A stretch of 64,000 bases of DNA, taken from NCBI GenBank assembly GCA_030704615.1, contig CM060731.1, forward strand, positions 25,048,001 to 25,112,000, read 5' to 3'. Below are positions 62,985 through 64,000 of the stretch, one piece after another. The notes beneath the pieces are model-generated. The model saw only the letters and a list, made by a program, of their open reading frames with translations. It made no database searches and was not told the origin of the DNA. The DNA is from Takakia lepidozioides. Lineage: Eukaryota; Plantae; Bryophyta. The translations under genes were made by a program, and so were the position numbers. Position 1 is the stretch's first letter. Every line of letters begins with the position of its first letter.

Positions 62985-64000
62985 GTAAATTGATCTGCAC
63001 TTACGACCTCGATTTAAGTCCTTGTTCATTGTGCCCCATTCTGGTCGTAGCTTGTGCTCACCTCCCCCTCTCCCTTCTCATTCTGCTTTCGTCTTATCCA
63101 GGTATGGGATCTTTGTGGACAATGCTATGGCAGACAATGTCTAACGAGTATCCGTGCGCTCTGCTTGTCTCTGCCTGTCCTTGTTTGCGATGTCCAGTTG
63201 GGCGCAGGGTTACTCAAGTTCATCCACCCACAGCATTGATATGTCTCTCCCTCCCTCCTCACTTTCCTTTCCTCTTGTGCCCCTCTAGCACACACACAAA
63301 AGCCAGTGCTAAAAGGATGGGGGATGTGGCAGGCAGTATTTTTGGTGGCAGCCAACATACAGCCACTTCAAAACATGGGAACTTTGGTATGTCCAAATCC
63401 AATGCCACTTTCTAAGCATTATGATGTCCCTCTCCCTGCTAATTTTTCCTGAAAGATGAGTGAAGCCCCCTAGTGTGAGCTATTCCTAATATGTATCATA
63501 AATAGTCACAAGGGAAGTGTGCCATATGTGTACTGCTTTTCAATGCACGGATGCTGTACCCTAGCATGGACTCCACAGCAAAATCCATGTGGAGGTTTTT
63601 ATAAGATCCCAGCACGTCCCCGTGGGGTTATTTTTGAAGCCATAGTAACTTTGCAGAATTTTTATTCCCAGTGCCGGAGCATGCAAAGACTCCAGCCAAA
63701 GACAGGGAGGGGTAGAGAAAGAGGGCATACTGCTTCACCATCGGTTCATTCCCATCCTTGGGAAGATTGTAGCTTTGAGGGAAACCCATGAGTATTGTTT
63801 CAGATCCCCACCCTTGAGGAGATGGCATAGTGAGTGTTCAAGGGACCATACCAAAGAAATATCTACCTTCAAGATTCTACAGGTTCATGACAACCATGGC
63901 TGATGGATGGCATCTGCAGCTCAATACCAGATTTGACCAGAACTTGCAATAGTTTATGCAAACAATGAATCATAGGATTGATCCTTGACAACTACCAAGG

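Noticed and set aside
62867-63415. 182-aa ORF
   Set aside because: An off-frame read through GSTZ exon 4 and its intron.

Overview
Eukaryotic genomic DNA from a land plant, probably seedless or bryophyte-like (inferred from spliced plant genes, a basal-body-type centrin and moss/alga-like retroelements). Two gene-rich flanks enclose a ~38-kb nested transposon island at ~13.8-52 kb. The left flank has the 5' end of CLASP, a Cys-type selenoprotein-K homolog and cinnamyl-alcohol dehydrogenase. The right flank has a patatin pseudogene, RPL23A, centrin and the 5' part of a zeta-class GST. The island contains a shattered Helentron with a Crinkler-like insert, a Copia gag hit by a hAT MITE, a chromoviral Ty3/gypsy, two nested copies of a gypsy family with a long accessory ORF, and a CRE-like LINE fragment. 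The standout is a Ty3/gypsy element whose Pol region carries an uninterrupted C5 cytosine DNA methyltransferase domain (DNMT3-like motifs I, II, IV, VI, VIII, IX, X) between protease and reverse transcriptase. A diverged second fragment of the same family is joined in frame to an OSB-type PDF ssDNA-binding motif. A 500-N scaffold gap (40968-41467) truncates the DNMT element. All calls are by eye from motifs and splice signals; no searches were run.
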